Shown piece after piece: positions 13,930 to 27,059 of a stretch of 64,000 nucleotides of DNA. The notes under the pieces were generated by a model. It saw only the letters and a program-made list of their open reading frames with translations. It made no database searches and had not been told where the DNA came from. The stretch is from Octopus sinensis (lineage: Eukaryota). Positions within the stretch are counted from its first letter, which is position 1, and each line of letters starts with the position of its first letter. The stretch is from contig NC_042997.1 of NCBI RefSeq assembly GCF_006345805.1, positions 72,602,001-72,666,000 of the forward strand, written 5' to 3'. A program made the position numbers and the translations under genes.

Positions 13930-14790
13930 TAAGGTTACCATAGGTTTCATGTTAAAAATATATCTTAGTTTTTCAAGCCGATCCCATGGAGAAATTGGTG
14001 TTCGTCTCCATTTTGGATTAAAATATGAAAAAACACAGGAAATCACGATTAAGTCTCACGAGAGATTTTGGTAAACAAAAACAAGGAATGAAGGAAAATA
14101 AATCTTGGGTAACAATTTTTGGGTGATTATTTCCATCGGGTTTAAGTTTAGGAAAAAAATTGTGCTGAATCATGTTTCTTTGTTATGTGATATCCTGCTA
14201 TGGGTAATATTATTATGTTTGTGTACTAGGGGAGTGTACTGAGGGAGCTCAGCATATGTCTTCTACGTGCATGGTTCATATGATGTATATATTAAATATT
14301 CACGTTCAGAGGAAAAAACCTATCCTGGTAGGATTGCCGTGTGGGTTCCTCTTTGAAATGTCGGAGTTTAAAATATTGCCTATGTATGCAGCGAGAGAAG
14401 GTTTCATCCCAAATATTTAAGATGTTACCTTTTGATTGGATGGTGTTTAGCTTTTCAGTAATGGAAAGCTCACATTTGGTACCCCGTCCCATTTATTTTC
14501 TGGCTTTAGCATTAACGCTACCTGTTATTTGGGACTTGCTTACTCTACCTTCTTTCAATGTCCATATCATGTTGGATAAGGATGTCGCGTCTTTTATTTT
14601 TGTCCCTAAAGGACGCCGATTGCTGTGTGTATCTTTCCTTGGATGAGCTGCCCCTCATTCCGATGTCTTTGTAACTCCGTTGGAAGCCATGATTTTCTTG
14701 ATAGCTGTTATTTAGAAGGCAGCAGTACGGAGATCTAAATTAGCAGTGTCTTTCAGGTGTATTTTTGGTGGAATTATCTTTATTGTGGTT
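13930..14790 (-). mobile_element. Penelope-like GIY-YIG endonuclease 3' fragment
   Basis: Frameshifted SFRDKNK..ATSLSNMIWTLKE..KCELSITEKLNTIQSKGNILN. Confidence 0.7.
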
Positions 14791-14809
14791 GAGTATTATC
14801 GACCCTATA

Positions 14810-15345
14810 TTAGGGAGGCAACTATAAATAACTGTGAAAATTGAATGGTTAAAGAAAATAGAAGATAAGCCCAAATGTAAATTTATCCAATTTGACACAG
14901 TGGAGTTTTAACCCTCCATCTCTAAAAATTTGCTTCAAAAGGCACTTGAAATTAGTAAAGCATATGTTACCATAACAAACATTGATATGGGTATTATTAT
15001 GAACGCAAATCCTTACATATTCACGATAATTCCTATTGGGTTAAAAACAATGGGAATAAGCTATTTGATGTCGCAATGACGGTGTAGAGTTAGCTGATAT
15101 TGTAGACCTCTGTAGATAGAAATAAAAAAAAAACCAACATAAGATTATATAGGGACAATGTCCTGGGAAGGGTATACAATAAAAACGGACATGATATGAA
15201 TAGGATACGAAAAAAATTGTGCAAGATATTTAGCCGATTTGATCTAAAAACCATAATAGGTAAATACCTTAAAGAAGTCAATTTTCTAGATAATAACATG
15301 AACTTTAGCATAAACACAAAGCAATGACTGAAACCAGTACAAAAT
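14810..15345 (+). mobile_element. Penelope-like reverse transcriptase fragment (degenerate)
   Basis: IEWLKKIEDKPKCKFIQFDTVEF..PSISKNLLQKAL..WVKNNGNKLFDVAM..KEVNFLD. Confidence 0.75.
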
Positions 15346-16098
15346 AAAAGAAAAATACATACGTTAAGACCGTCAATGAAACATACATACATGCATACAC
15401 ACATGATATACATGTCTACATAGATATATGAATAAAATAAATAGATAGATATATATTCATTTATTTACACAATATCACCGGTTTTGATGATGAATCTCAT
15501 CTTATCAAATATTAGTAAAAATTTATAAAAATTTGAAGTAAAAACAGTTTATATTCTGTTCGGGGGCCAAAAACATGTCTGGAGTTTTTTTTCGTTGAAG
15601 TCTTTAAATAAAGATTGGTATAGACTTGAAAGCGTTAGAGAGAAAGAAAGTGGGTATAGTTGTCTATTGTTTTGTAGTTATCTATTGCCTATTGTACTTG
15701 GTCAGAAATAAATCTGCATTACTTGAATTTTCCTAACCTCAAAGGTCTTATTGTTTCACTGATATGGTACATTGTCACAATCTTTCCAGAAAAATCTTGC
15801 GTTAAGACCGTCAATGAAACATTTACTCACATATCCGTGAGCTCTAATAATTATCTGTAAAAATGTGAATTTTCATGTAGGCTAAAAAAGCTGTTGGTTC
15901 TGAAGTAATTACCTGTAAATATTCACACTTTCACTGGTTTTGGAAAAGATATTCACATCCATAGAATATCGGTGCATAATAAGTATTCGTAATTTTTGCA
16001 TTGTCCCAATTATTTCCTGAGAATAGTTTAAATATGCAATAATTGAATAATAATAAAGGTTTAAATAATATTTGCAAAATTTGAACGGTATTTTATAG

Positions 16099-16152
16099 AA
16101 GTGCTGATATCTGAAAACGAGATGGCACAGAATTTAGAAGAGGATGCTCCAG
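16099..16152 (+). CDS. Internal coding exon (54 nt, phase 1-1); (E)VLISENEMAQNLEEDAP
   Basis: Acceptor GTATTTTATAG, donor CAG|GTATAA, open frame, similar to exons at 33058 and 38990. Confidence 0.75.
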
Positions 16153-16177
16153 GTATAAAATCTACCTGCCTACCTAC

Positions 16178-16344
<167 letters not shown>

Positions 16345-17050
16345 CTCGTGTGGGACGAGTCGGTTTATCAGCAAAGTCTATCGTCAATATTGTCACGCCT
16401 CCTTCCTTCAAACGGGAAGGAAGAGCTATTTTCATCATCCTTGTGGCTATGGCGAAAGAATGTATCTGGTGGACGCGTCTGAAAGGATTGGAGACAAACA
16501 CTTTCCTCTCTGGTCAATCTCTCATCGACTTCTTCAAGTATCACTTGAAAAGGAAAGTGAGAGTAGAGAGGCAAGTTTTGTCTAGCGAATGTTTTAAAAA
16601 AAAGATGGCTGAATGTAGCAAGGATGGTACGTATGAATGACGAAGCCACCTTGAGCATAATCCTATGAACCCAGAAATTTAAAACAGAGGGTAACCTACT
16701 TGCAAACAAATGTGGTAACTTGTAACAATGTTGACCGAGTTTATCGTGGTCTTTTCCGTAGACTTTTCTTCCCACGGATAAAATTTATCTGCTTCCCCTT
16801 TAAACCTTATATCATGACACTGTGATACACGATCCCTATTGATAGCTTTTTTGTTTCTTTTCCTTTTTTGTTTCTTTTCCTTTTTTGTTTCTTTTTCTAT
16901 TTTTCTTTCTTTTTTTCTGCTTACCCTTTTACGATCCCTTTTGATCGAAAACCTACCCTACCTTTATATATTTTTTCTCCCCCAAAAAGAAAAGCTCTAC
17001 TTTGTAATCTGTCCCGTCTGTGTGCAGCCCTGTGTGGCTAATAAAGAAAC
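16345..17050 (+). mobile_element. 5'-truncated L1/Tx1-clade LINE 3' end
   Basis: FKREGRAIFIILVAMAKECIWWTRLKG homologous to the 40960 copy; AATAAA-containing 3' end; (TATC)n on both sides. Confidence 0.75.
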
Positions 17051-17085
17051 ATATCTATCTATCTATTTGTCTATATGTCTGTCTG

Positions 17086-17181
<96 letters not shown>

Positions 17182-17389
17182 CCTATCTATCTATCTATCT
17201 ATCTATCTATCTGTCTGTATGTCTGTCTGTCCGTCTGTCTGGCCATCTTTCTCTTTAACTATATCCTTCTATACATACACATACATACATATATACATAC
17301 ATACATACATACATACATACATACATGCATACATACATACATACATACATACATACATACATACATGCATACATACGTACGTACGTACA

Positions 17390-18150
17390 TTATGGCTGCC
17401 CCTCGTTATCGAGTATGGCCATTGCACGAAGCTTAATTGTTACTGGTGCTGTGATCGAATGTGAATTTTTAGCCCAGCTAAAGATCTACAATGTCTTGTA
17501 CAAAATTGGCAACTAAAACATTTACTGGTAATAGCCGGCTGTAGTTGTAACTGGGCTTCATTTACCTTTGCATGTCGTTTAAGTCCTCCTGCTGAATTAC
17601 ACCCTCTTCCACATGCCCGACAGATATGATTAGTATGGTGTGTTACGCCACCGCCAGTGGCCAGGTTGTCACTCATCTGTCTCGTTTTATGACTACGAAG
17701 ATGACTCATCAGTCCAGCTTTACTGAGGCAGGGTCTTGCACAGACATTGCATGTCAGAATCAAAGGAAGACCCTTCCCTTCTGGAAGTGTAACAGCGATG
17801 CCCTTCCTGACATCCCTCCTTACTTTCTCATGTGCAACTCGAGATTTCTCAAACATGGCTGTACCCTCATGCACAATCCTTCTCCACCTGCTACGATCAA
17901 TAGCTATGCCTTCCCATGTGTCAGGAGAGATGCAAGCATCTCTCAAGGAAGCCTTCAGCAAGTCCTTATACCTCTTTTTTGGTTTATGTGGAGGTCGTTC
18001 TCATTTAGCTAACTCTCCATAAAAGAGTTGTTTTGGCATCCTTGAATCCTTCATTCTGAGAAGATGACCACCCCATCTGAGCCTTTGCTTTAACACAAGA
18101 GCTTCTATACTTTCACACCGAGAGCCTTCAACTATTTCAAGATCACTGAT
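17390..18150 (-). mobile_element. RTE-clade LINE 3' end with three C2H2-like zinc fingers
   Basis: QRLRWGGHLLRMKDSRMPKQLFYGEL..KRYKDLLKASL..WEGIAIDRSRWR then CxxC..HxxxH repeats; (TACA)n flanks. Confidence 0.88.
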
Positions 18151-18211
18151 GCGGTCCTACATACATACATACATACATACATACATACATACATACATAC
18201 ATACATACATG

Positions 18212-18242
<31 letters not shown>

Positions 18243-18510
18243 GTATACATACATATATGTATACATACATATATGCATACATAGATACGTACATAGATAC
18301 ATATATATGTAGATGTACGTCTGCATATATGTATGTGTATATATATTTATACATACAAGCAGACGTACACCTACATATGTATGTATGTATGTATCTATGT
18401 ATACATATATGTATGTATGTATGCATTTATTTATGTATAGAACCATATAGTTAAAGAGATAGATGGCCAAACAGACATATATATTATAAATATTCTTTTA
18501 TTCCTATATT

Positions 18511-19049
<539 letters not shown>

Positions 19050-19197
19050 ATGTATGAATATTATATAATATTATATATAATATATATATTATATATATAT
19101 ATATTATATATATATATATATACATACATACGTACATATATATATGTGTGTGTGGTGGTGTGTGTGGTGTGTATGTGGTGTGTGCGTGTGTGTATGT

Positions 19198-19233
<36 letters not shown>

Positions 19234-20261
19234 CTATATAAGTTAGAGGTTAAACAAACATCTAAGGGATAATAAATATCCAATATACTGCCGGATCTAT
19301 ACCTACGTATTTATATCCAAATGCTTACAGATGCAGGGCGGTAGCGCAATATAAATTACCCAGAATTTATAAGGCAAATAAGAAAATGGAGAGAATAATC
19401 AATCGACAAACATCAGTCTGTAAGCATTCACTTGGATCTATTTATTGATTAATTACAATCATATGCATAAGTAATCGAAATAAATAAACAAATAAACAAG
19501 TAAATAAATAAATGAATAAAAATAAATAAATGAATAAGAATAAATGATTGAAAAATACTAAACGCTTACATCTGTTTCTCCTTTGGGGTGTCCAACTCGC
19601 CAAGGTTTTCACATCATACCAGTAATATACAGGGATTGTACAAAGGTTGTACAAACATTGGACAGGGGCTGGACAATAATTGAGCCCCAAAGCTTCATCG
19701 GAGAGACCATAATGTGAGGAATCTAACATGTGAAGAAGTAAGATAAATAATAAAATAAAATAAAAAATAATAAGAATGGTAAAAAAAGTCAATTCCAACG
19801 TAATATCCATAAGTTATTGGATTACATCTGATGGTAAAGAAAGTCACTTCCAGAAGTAATTTCCATAGGTTATGAGAGTTACATCCTATTTAAATTCACT
19901 GGGGTAAATATCAATGGTAAGACGCTGTGGAGTGAGTTAAATGAGATGGTCCGTATCACAGGCGTCAAAAGTTGAAGGCTAACGGCTATGTAATAGAGTA
20001 TCATGAAAATTCACAAAGTTAACTTGATGTGAACTTGTTTGGAGAAATCAATACATAACTATATCAATGAAGGAATAATTTGAGTAAAACGTGAGTGCGA
20101 TGTTATTATTAACAAAAATCTCATCCTAATACCCCCATGCAGAGTAGGGTGAGGTCTAAGTTAACCCTATAACTTAATTGGTCCACTAATATTTGAAAAC
20201 AATGGTGCTGTTTAGGTCCTTTAAATCTATCAATATAATACAAAACAGATAAAAAAATTGG

Positions 20262-20447
20262 TCCTGTGGGGGTGGGGGTTTGTGATATATGTAGTGGTGT
20301 CATATAGTGGCGGATCTACTATAAAACTTATGAAGCTTAAGCTTCAGGGCCCCTAATATCTAAGGGGACCCTTTGATCAACTTAATTTTTTCATTCTGCC
20401 AATATTTTTCTTTTTGTATTTTGCCATGCAGACTGGGCCGACTCTAA
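20262..20447 (+). repeat. About 185-bp direct repeat, second copy 21660-21833
   Basis: GTAGTGGTGTCATA..AGTGGCGGATCTACTATAAAACT..TTTTGTATTTTGCCATGCAGAC shared. Confidence 0.85.
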
Positions 20448-20614
20448 TATTTGAAAACAATGGCGTTGTTTAGACCCGTTAAATTTATCAATAAAAAATA
20501 CAAAACAAATAAAAGAATATTCAAGGAATGAATTGTCTAAGGAGCATTACATACTGAAGGAGTGATGAATAGTACTTGCGCCTTATATATGTATGTATAT
20601 ATATATGTATGCAC

Positions 20615-20766
<152 letters not shown>

Positions 20767-20780
20767 ACACACACACACAT

Positions 20781-20828
<48 letters not shown>

Positions 20829-20996
20829 TATATATATAATATATCTATATACATACACATATACAGTTCTATATTTAAAAGATGAGGAATTATGTACATT
20901 ATTTACATTATTTACATTGACAGATATTTGTTCTCATCTTGTTTGATGTTAACACACAAACAAGATGAGGACAATATCCATCATGTGTAAATAATG

Positions 20997-21055
<59 letters not shown>

Positions 21056-21079
21056 ACTATATATATACATGTATATACT

Positions 21080-21290
21080 TGTGTTTGTGTCAGTGTCTGT
21101 CCCCCCCCACCACACCATCGCTGGTGTATTTATGTCCCCAACTTAGCAGTTCGGCAAAAGAGACTGATAGAATAAGTACCAGGCTTAAAAAGAATAAGTC
21201 CTGCGGTTGAATTTTTCGACTAAAACCCTGTAAGGTGGTGCTCCAGAATGGCTGAAGTTAGATGACTGAAGCAAGTAAAGGAATAAAAGA
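21080..21290 (+). mobile_element. SINE family A, 3' half
   Basis: Homologous to the tail of 3537-3942. Confidence 0.8.
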
Positions 21291-21294
21291 ATAT

Positions 21295-22260
21295 ATATTT
21301 ATATGTACGTGAGTAGTCCAAGACACCATAAGTCACGGAAAAGATGCACTCGTATATCTGTCAGTAGAGTGGGTGTATTGTCCGAAATGTATAGTATTAA
21401 GTATCCATCACGGCTGATCTTACGAATCGGTTTCGCGTAAAGAATACAATAAAATGTTAGGTTATAATCCGATTATATAACTTTACGCTCATCAGAGTTA
21501 GCCAATATCGAAGGGAATATGGCGACTGTTCTCTATTGTCGGTGTGAAATGAAAAAGAACCAGGGATTAGGTTCGGAGTTATGCCCCTTCGTTGGGTACT
21601 CTGTGAAGCCGGTAGGAATTGTCCTGAAGTGAAGTAGGTGTATATTATTAATGTGGTGTTCCTGTGGGTGTGGGGTGTGATATGTGTAGTGGTGTCATAC
21701 AGTGGCGGATCTACTATAAAACTAATGAAGTTTCAGGGCCCCTAATACCTGGCGGGCCCCACTGATCAACTTCATTTTTTCATTCTGTCAGTATTTTCTT
21801 TTTGTATTTTGCCATGCAGACAGGGCCGACTCCAGGAGCAGCATGGTGATAGGGAAGTGACAAAGGAAAGTAAAAAAAAAACATGTATGTATGTTGATGT
21901 ATGTGTGTATGTATATAGAGAAATAGACTCATCTTTAAGGACTCCACATCACCATTTCACCATGGTTGAAGTCATGGTGGGACGCGTAGGTACGATAGGA
22001 TGTACTTCCTTTCAAGAGGGCAAGGATTAAACACCTCACTCCTGCTATTTAGGTAGACATCCAGGTGTTGGGTACATTTTAAAATTGCTCTCTTCTCAGT
22101 CAGGCATAATATGCAATTCTTGCTGCTATTGAAATACAGTTTGCATTTTTCTAGGATCTTCCAGTTCATTCAGTACTCCGTGGCGCTTTCTTTCAAAGCC
22201 CAGGCTAGAGTTGTGGCGTTACGTCTTTATCGTTTACGAAAAGAAAACAGACCAACGAAC
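21295..22260 (-). mobile_element. Penelope-like GIY-YIG C-terminus plus tail
   Basis: ORF 21972-22169 WKILEKCKLYFNSSKNCILCLTEKRAIL..LNSRSE. Confidence 0.75.
21405..21500 (-). ncRNA. Degenerate hammerhead motif in Penelope tail
   Basis: CUGAUGA-GCGUAAAG...CUUUACGC-GAAACCGAUUC; perfect 8-bp stem II, imperfect stems I and III. Confidence 0.4.
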
Positions 22261-22494
22261 ACAGCTATATATATCTACACCCCCGGAAAATATACATGAC
22301 ACATATCACACATCCCACCCAACAGGAGCACTACAATAATACACAACTTCCCCACTCCATGATAACTCTTACCGGCTTCACAGCATACCCGATGAAGGGA
22401 CATAACTTCGAACCTAATCTCCTGGCCCTTAATTGTAAGATCAGCCGCGATGGATACTTAATACTATACATTTCGGATAATATATATATGGAAG

Positions 22495-22850
22495 CACTCC
22501 GTCGGTTACGACGACGAGGGTTCCGGTTGATCAACGGAACAGCCTGCTTGTGAAATTAACGTATAAGTGACTGAGCACTCCACAGACACGTGTACCCATA
22601 ACATAGTTCTCGGGGATATTCAGCGTGACACAGAGAGTGACAAGGCCGGCCCTTTGAAATACAGGTACAACAGAAACAGGAAGTAAGAGTAAGTTGTGGT
22701 GAAAGAGTACAGCAGGGATCACCACCATCCCCTGCCGGAGCCTCGTGGAGTTTTAGGTGTTTTCGCTCAATAAACACTCACAACGCCCGGTCTGGGAATC
22801 GAAACAACGATCCTATGACCGCGAGTCCGCTGCCCTAACCACTGGGCCTC
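22495..22850 (-). mobile_element. tRNA-derived SINE, family C (full length)
   Basis: GGCCCAGTGGTTAGGGCAGCGGACTCGCGG..GTTTCGATTCCC head; tail CCCTCGTCGTCGTAACCGACGGAG. Confidence 0.9.
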
Positions 22851-22906
<56 letters not shown>

Positions 22907-23039
22907 ACCCATTATTATCATTACATATGCTTGTATGCATGTATAACAATGCTTGTATGTATGTATAACAACAGTATTAGTAATAATAATAATAAATCTA
23001 ATAAAAAAAAAAATATATATACATATACTCGGTTAAGTA

Positions 23040-23266
23040 ATTGAGATTCTAGTGAATTCTAAAGAATTCACATGAATATGGTCCTTAACTAGGATGCACC
23101 GGAAATCTATATGGTGTTAACCATACGACAAGTGGGGTGATTACAAATAGGAAAAAAGCAACAAGAATGGATTAAAATCTCTGTACGATCCTCGTACGAA
23201 ACGATCGTACCGAGATTTTAATCCATTCTTGTTGCTTTTTTCCTACATATACACATATATATACAC

Positions 23267-23303
<37 letters not shown>

Positions 23304-24510
23304 CATACATAAATATATATATTTATTCATTTCTATTTGTTTATTTATCTGTGTATTTATTATGTTTTCGGGATCCTCTATCGTCATATGTTGTGGTGTG
23401 TGCTATTGCTCCATTCTAGTTTTCTATTCAGGCTAGGTTTATTTTCTATTATATGTGTAGCTTCTGTAATTTGTCTAATTGTTGCATCTGTTCTATGTGT
23501 GGACAATATCTTAATCTCTATGTTATTGATTGATCCCCCGTGTTCCTGTTCGGCGTGTTGGTACAGAATCGATGAGCTTTTACCTTCCTTGAGTTGTCTC
23601 CAATGTCCATTCACCCGCTCTCCTATGCTTCTTGCCGTTTCCCCTACGTATGTTATTGTCTTGTTACTGCATCGTCCCTCTATACATCTTATACTATAGA
23701 CTACATTTCTGGCTTTACAGTTTGTTTGTGGGCTAAATCTACATACAGTGCAATAGTTATCCGTACAGAGGGTTCTACAAAAAGGATAGGTTCTACCAAT
23801 TATAGATTTGATAGGGTTGCCTGGCTTTTCAACAACCTTAATTCTTAGTTTAAGTTTATCTAGGGTCCTTCTAAAGCGGTACGCCAGTTCACCTCCAGGG
23901 GTGGTGTCAACGAACATGACACTCTGGTATTTATGGCTATCATACCAAGAGTTGGCCTTCCCTATTTTCTTTTTTGTCCTTTCTATAGTATTCCATGACT
24001 TGTTCCTATAGAGTGGGCAAATCCCATTCCTATCATTACATAATATATTATCAAATTTCTTCATGGCTCCTTTGTATACTCTGATCCTTTCTTTATGGCT
24101 GTAACCTGAGAACTGCATGCGGTGAATGAAATACTGTATGTGTCTCTTTAATTCTGTAGGCTCGCACATGCGTGACACATTTCTCATTATTCTGACGAGG
24201 TCTGCCATCAAAATATTGAATTTGGCGTTGCCCGCAATGGCTGAGTTCCGGTGGATCAGGTATTTTGAGGCCATAGGTTTTGCATAGTATGAATGAAGGA
24301 TTTGAGTTTTATTTTTCACAATTTCTAGCCAGAGTTCAGTGTCTAGTACTGGTAGTCTATGGTTGGGGTGTTTAGTGGGGTAGTCTATTGTGACCTTAAT
24401 ACTCTGGTGGATGGAGTTAGCTATTTGCTGGATGCTCTCCATAGTATTAGTTTCTATTACTATATCAACATTACTCTCTTGTGTAATCAACTCTGGCCGA
24501 AATAAGATTA
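23040..24510 (-). mobile_element. 5'-truncated Penelope-like element; uninterrupted 368-aa frame (RT thumb, Cys-rich linker, GIY-YIG)
   Basis: ORF 23384-24490: LPVLDTELW, CTDNYCTVC, NVVYSIRC..TYVGETARSIGER..H, RQITEA..I..KPSLNRKLEW. Confidence 0.92.
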
Positions 24511-24740
24511 AGATTAATGTAAAAAATAAATATCACTGAAGCAAAATAACACCAAATATATAGTACGTGTGTTTTTATTGGCTAAACTGGCAATATGACC
24601 ATTCCGAAATATAACAATATATATATATATATATAAAGTTAATCCAAACAAGAAAACAGAAAAAAAAGAGAAAAAACACAGCAACGCAGGACGTGGAACA
24701 ATTAAAGTATTATTGACGCTCAGGAAAGAAGGGAAGGAGG

Positions 24741-24775
24741 GTTTAACGTTTCGAGCGGAGCTCTTCGTCGGAAAC
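24741..24775 (-). ncRNA. Minimal hammerhead motif with U4C core in short repeat (about 24636-24830)
   Basis: GUUU-CCGACGA-A-GAGC(UCC)GCUC-GAAACGUU-AAAC. Confidence 0.6.
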
Positions 24776-24841
24776 AAGGAGAAGGAAAGATCCCAAGGAA
24801 GGAAGACAGAGGAGAAAATATTTGAGCTGGTGGTGCTCAAG

Positions 24842-24959
24842 AGGGCGCAATGGCCCAGTGGTTAGGGCAGCGGACTCGCGGTTATAGGATCGCGGTTTCG
24901 ATTCCCAGACCGGGCGTTGTGAGTGTTTATTGAGCGAAAACACCTAAAGCTCCACGAGG
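24842..24959 (+). mobile_element. SINE family C head, truncated at a MITE
   Basis: Near-identical to the head of 22495-22850. Confidence 0.85.
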
Positions 24960-24960
24960 A

Positions 24961-25277
24961 GTTGTAATTCCAAAAGTGATTGAAAAATAATAACGTTTAC
25001 CTTAATCCTAGACCCTGCAAGAGGCAATTTGTTTATTTAGTGCTGGATGAGTTCCACTTGTGCGCGGTAAATTCGAAAAATTAGAACCTATAGTAACGTG
25101 GCTGATTTCTTATAGCTCCATGTCTATGTGTTCAGTCTTGGCAACCTACTGAGGACGCAGCGCCACAAATAGACTGAGATTATTTTATTTCAATCTGTAT
25201 TTAAGTCTGCAGAAATCTTGCAGGGTCTAGAATTAAGGTAAACGTTTTTATTTTTCAATCACTTTCGGAATTACAAC
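24961..25277. mobile_element. MITE with about 62-bp TIRs
   Basis: GTTGTAATTCCAAAAGTGATTGAAAAAT...GACCCTGCAAGA mirrored at the right end. Confidence 0.8.
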
Positions 25278-25368
25278 AATTGGTGGCTTGGAGTTTTTAA
25301 CTGCTCTTTCTAGCGAGTCAGATATCCTATTCTTCGGGTATCTCTTTTATGTTTTTATATATATATAC

Positions 25369-25425
<57 letters not shown>

Positions 25426-26177
25426 ATATATAATATATAATATTATATATATATATATATTTATTTATATATACATACACACACACACACATATATATAC
25501 ACACATATGTGTGAGTGTGTGCGTGTATGTGTGTGCGAGCGTGCGTGTGTGTGTGTATGTGTGTGTGTGTGTGAGTGTGTGTGTGTTTGAGTGTGTTTGT
25601 GTGTTATATGTCTGCTAGTAGGAAAGCAGGTGTAAATATATGTAAAAAAAATACACGCAATAAACGATTGAACACATGCATTTACATTGTTTTACTGTCT
25701 TTAAATATCCGTGTTCTTCCAACTGAGAAAGAGCTGGTTCTTACAAATATACGTGTCATACATGTAAATTCTAGAATTTGTATGATATCAACATGAAGAG
25801 TATGAATGTACGGAGGTTTATACTTTGGTTATTTATCAACTTGTAAAACATACTAATAAGTTACAAGTTACTTTCTCATTTTCATCGCATTTCACTGAAG
25901 TATTTGCTAACGAAGACGAATGCTCCGATATTTATTTGTAAAAATTGGAATATTCAATCAGGATAGAGAGGCATCAGATATCAAAGTAGTTGTTCAGAAA
26001 TATTCCGAGTTTTTCTGGTTTACGAATCACATTTACACGGGTAAGTTGCACTGTAGGAGTGTGCGTGTCCTTTTTCACTTGTGCCCCAGGAATTTAACTT
26101 CTATATCATAAAAAAGTTTGTAAATATTTAATATTGAAGTTTTAAAATGATAATTTTTCTCCATTTCAATTCTGTAG

Positions 26178-26255
26178 AATATAAATTTATGATACCAATG
26201 CCACATGGAGAGGAGCTTGAGGCTGTCATGCAAAATTTAGAAACAGAGACACTAG
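26178..26255 (+). CDS. Internal coding exon (78 nt, phase 1-1); (E)YKFMIPMPHGEELEAVMQNLETETL
   Basis: Acceptor TTTTCTCCATTTCAATTCTGTAG, donor TAG|GTAGGG, open frame, QNLE motif shared with siblings. Confidence 0.8.
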
Positions 26256-26319
26256 GTAGGGAATATATATGTATTTTTTATTCCTTTATACGTTTCAGCC
26301 ATGCAGCTGCGGTCATGCT

Positions 26320-26361
<42 letters not shown>

Positions 26362-26845
26362 GAGTTTATCAACCATTTCATTATTTGGCGCCAGTATAGC
26401 ACTTTCACATATCCAGTTTACATCAGTGTAATTGCATACATACACTCACAGACACATACACTCTCACATACACTGACACAAACATACACTCTCACACACA
26501 TATAATTAAGACAGACACACACAGACATACGTTTACGTAACGAACACGTACACACTCACAGACACATACACACTCATATACAAAATGTGTCGTGGTGGTA
26601 GTAGTGGTGGTATAAAATGTCCTTTACTATAGTTGACTAGAGAAAGATTATTTGACATAAAGTGTTATATTGCGAAATGAAAATTACAATTTGACACTCA
26701 CGGGGTTTAATACTATTACCTAGTAAAATTTGATTTGATTTTGTGGAGCCGTTTGAGAAAGCATAGGGAACAGAGAGACATAGAAAGACAAAGAATTTTA
26801 TATACAGGGAGAGATTACAATTTTTCTTGCACTCCGATTTTGTAG

Positions 26846-26923
26846 AATCTGAAGAGTATATGATACGAGATGGATATATTCTTGAGTTCGAACAGGCACA
26901 AAATTTAGGAATAGAAAGTCCAG
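26846..26923 (+). CDS. Probable 78-nt phase 1-1 exon with non-canonical donor; (E)SEEYMIRDGYILEFEQAQNLGIESP
   Basis: Acceptor TTCTTGCACTCCGATTTTGTAG, open frame, same length class and QNL motif, but followed by TTACAC instead of GT. Confidence 0.5.
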
Positions 26924-26959
<36 letters not shown>

Positions 26960-27059
26960 CACACACACACACACACACGCACATGAGGCACATTCCAGAT
27001 TTTTCGAAACTTTTTAGAAGCAGTTAAAACGGACCTAGATTATTTAAATTTTAGTGCAT

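Noticed and set aside
15088-15171. Apparent phase-1 exon starting ELADIVDL
   Set aside because: Contains stops and is part of the degenerate Penelope RT
15704-15742. 39-nt open phase 1-1 segment EINLHYLNFPNLK
   Set aside because: Weak donor GTCTTA, no similarity to sibling exons
22790-22850. tRNA-like sequences at SINE heads as tRNA genes
   Set aside because: They continue into SINE bodies and lack a complete cloverleaf
27018-27053. 36-nt open phase 1-1 segment EAVKTDLDYLNF
   Set aside because: Donor GTGCAT is poor; expected by chance at this length
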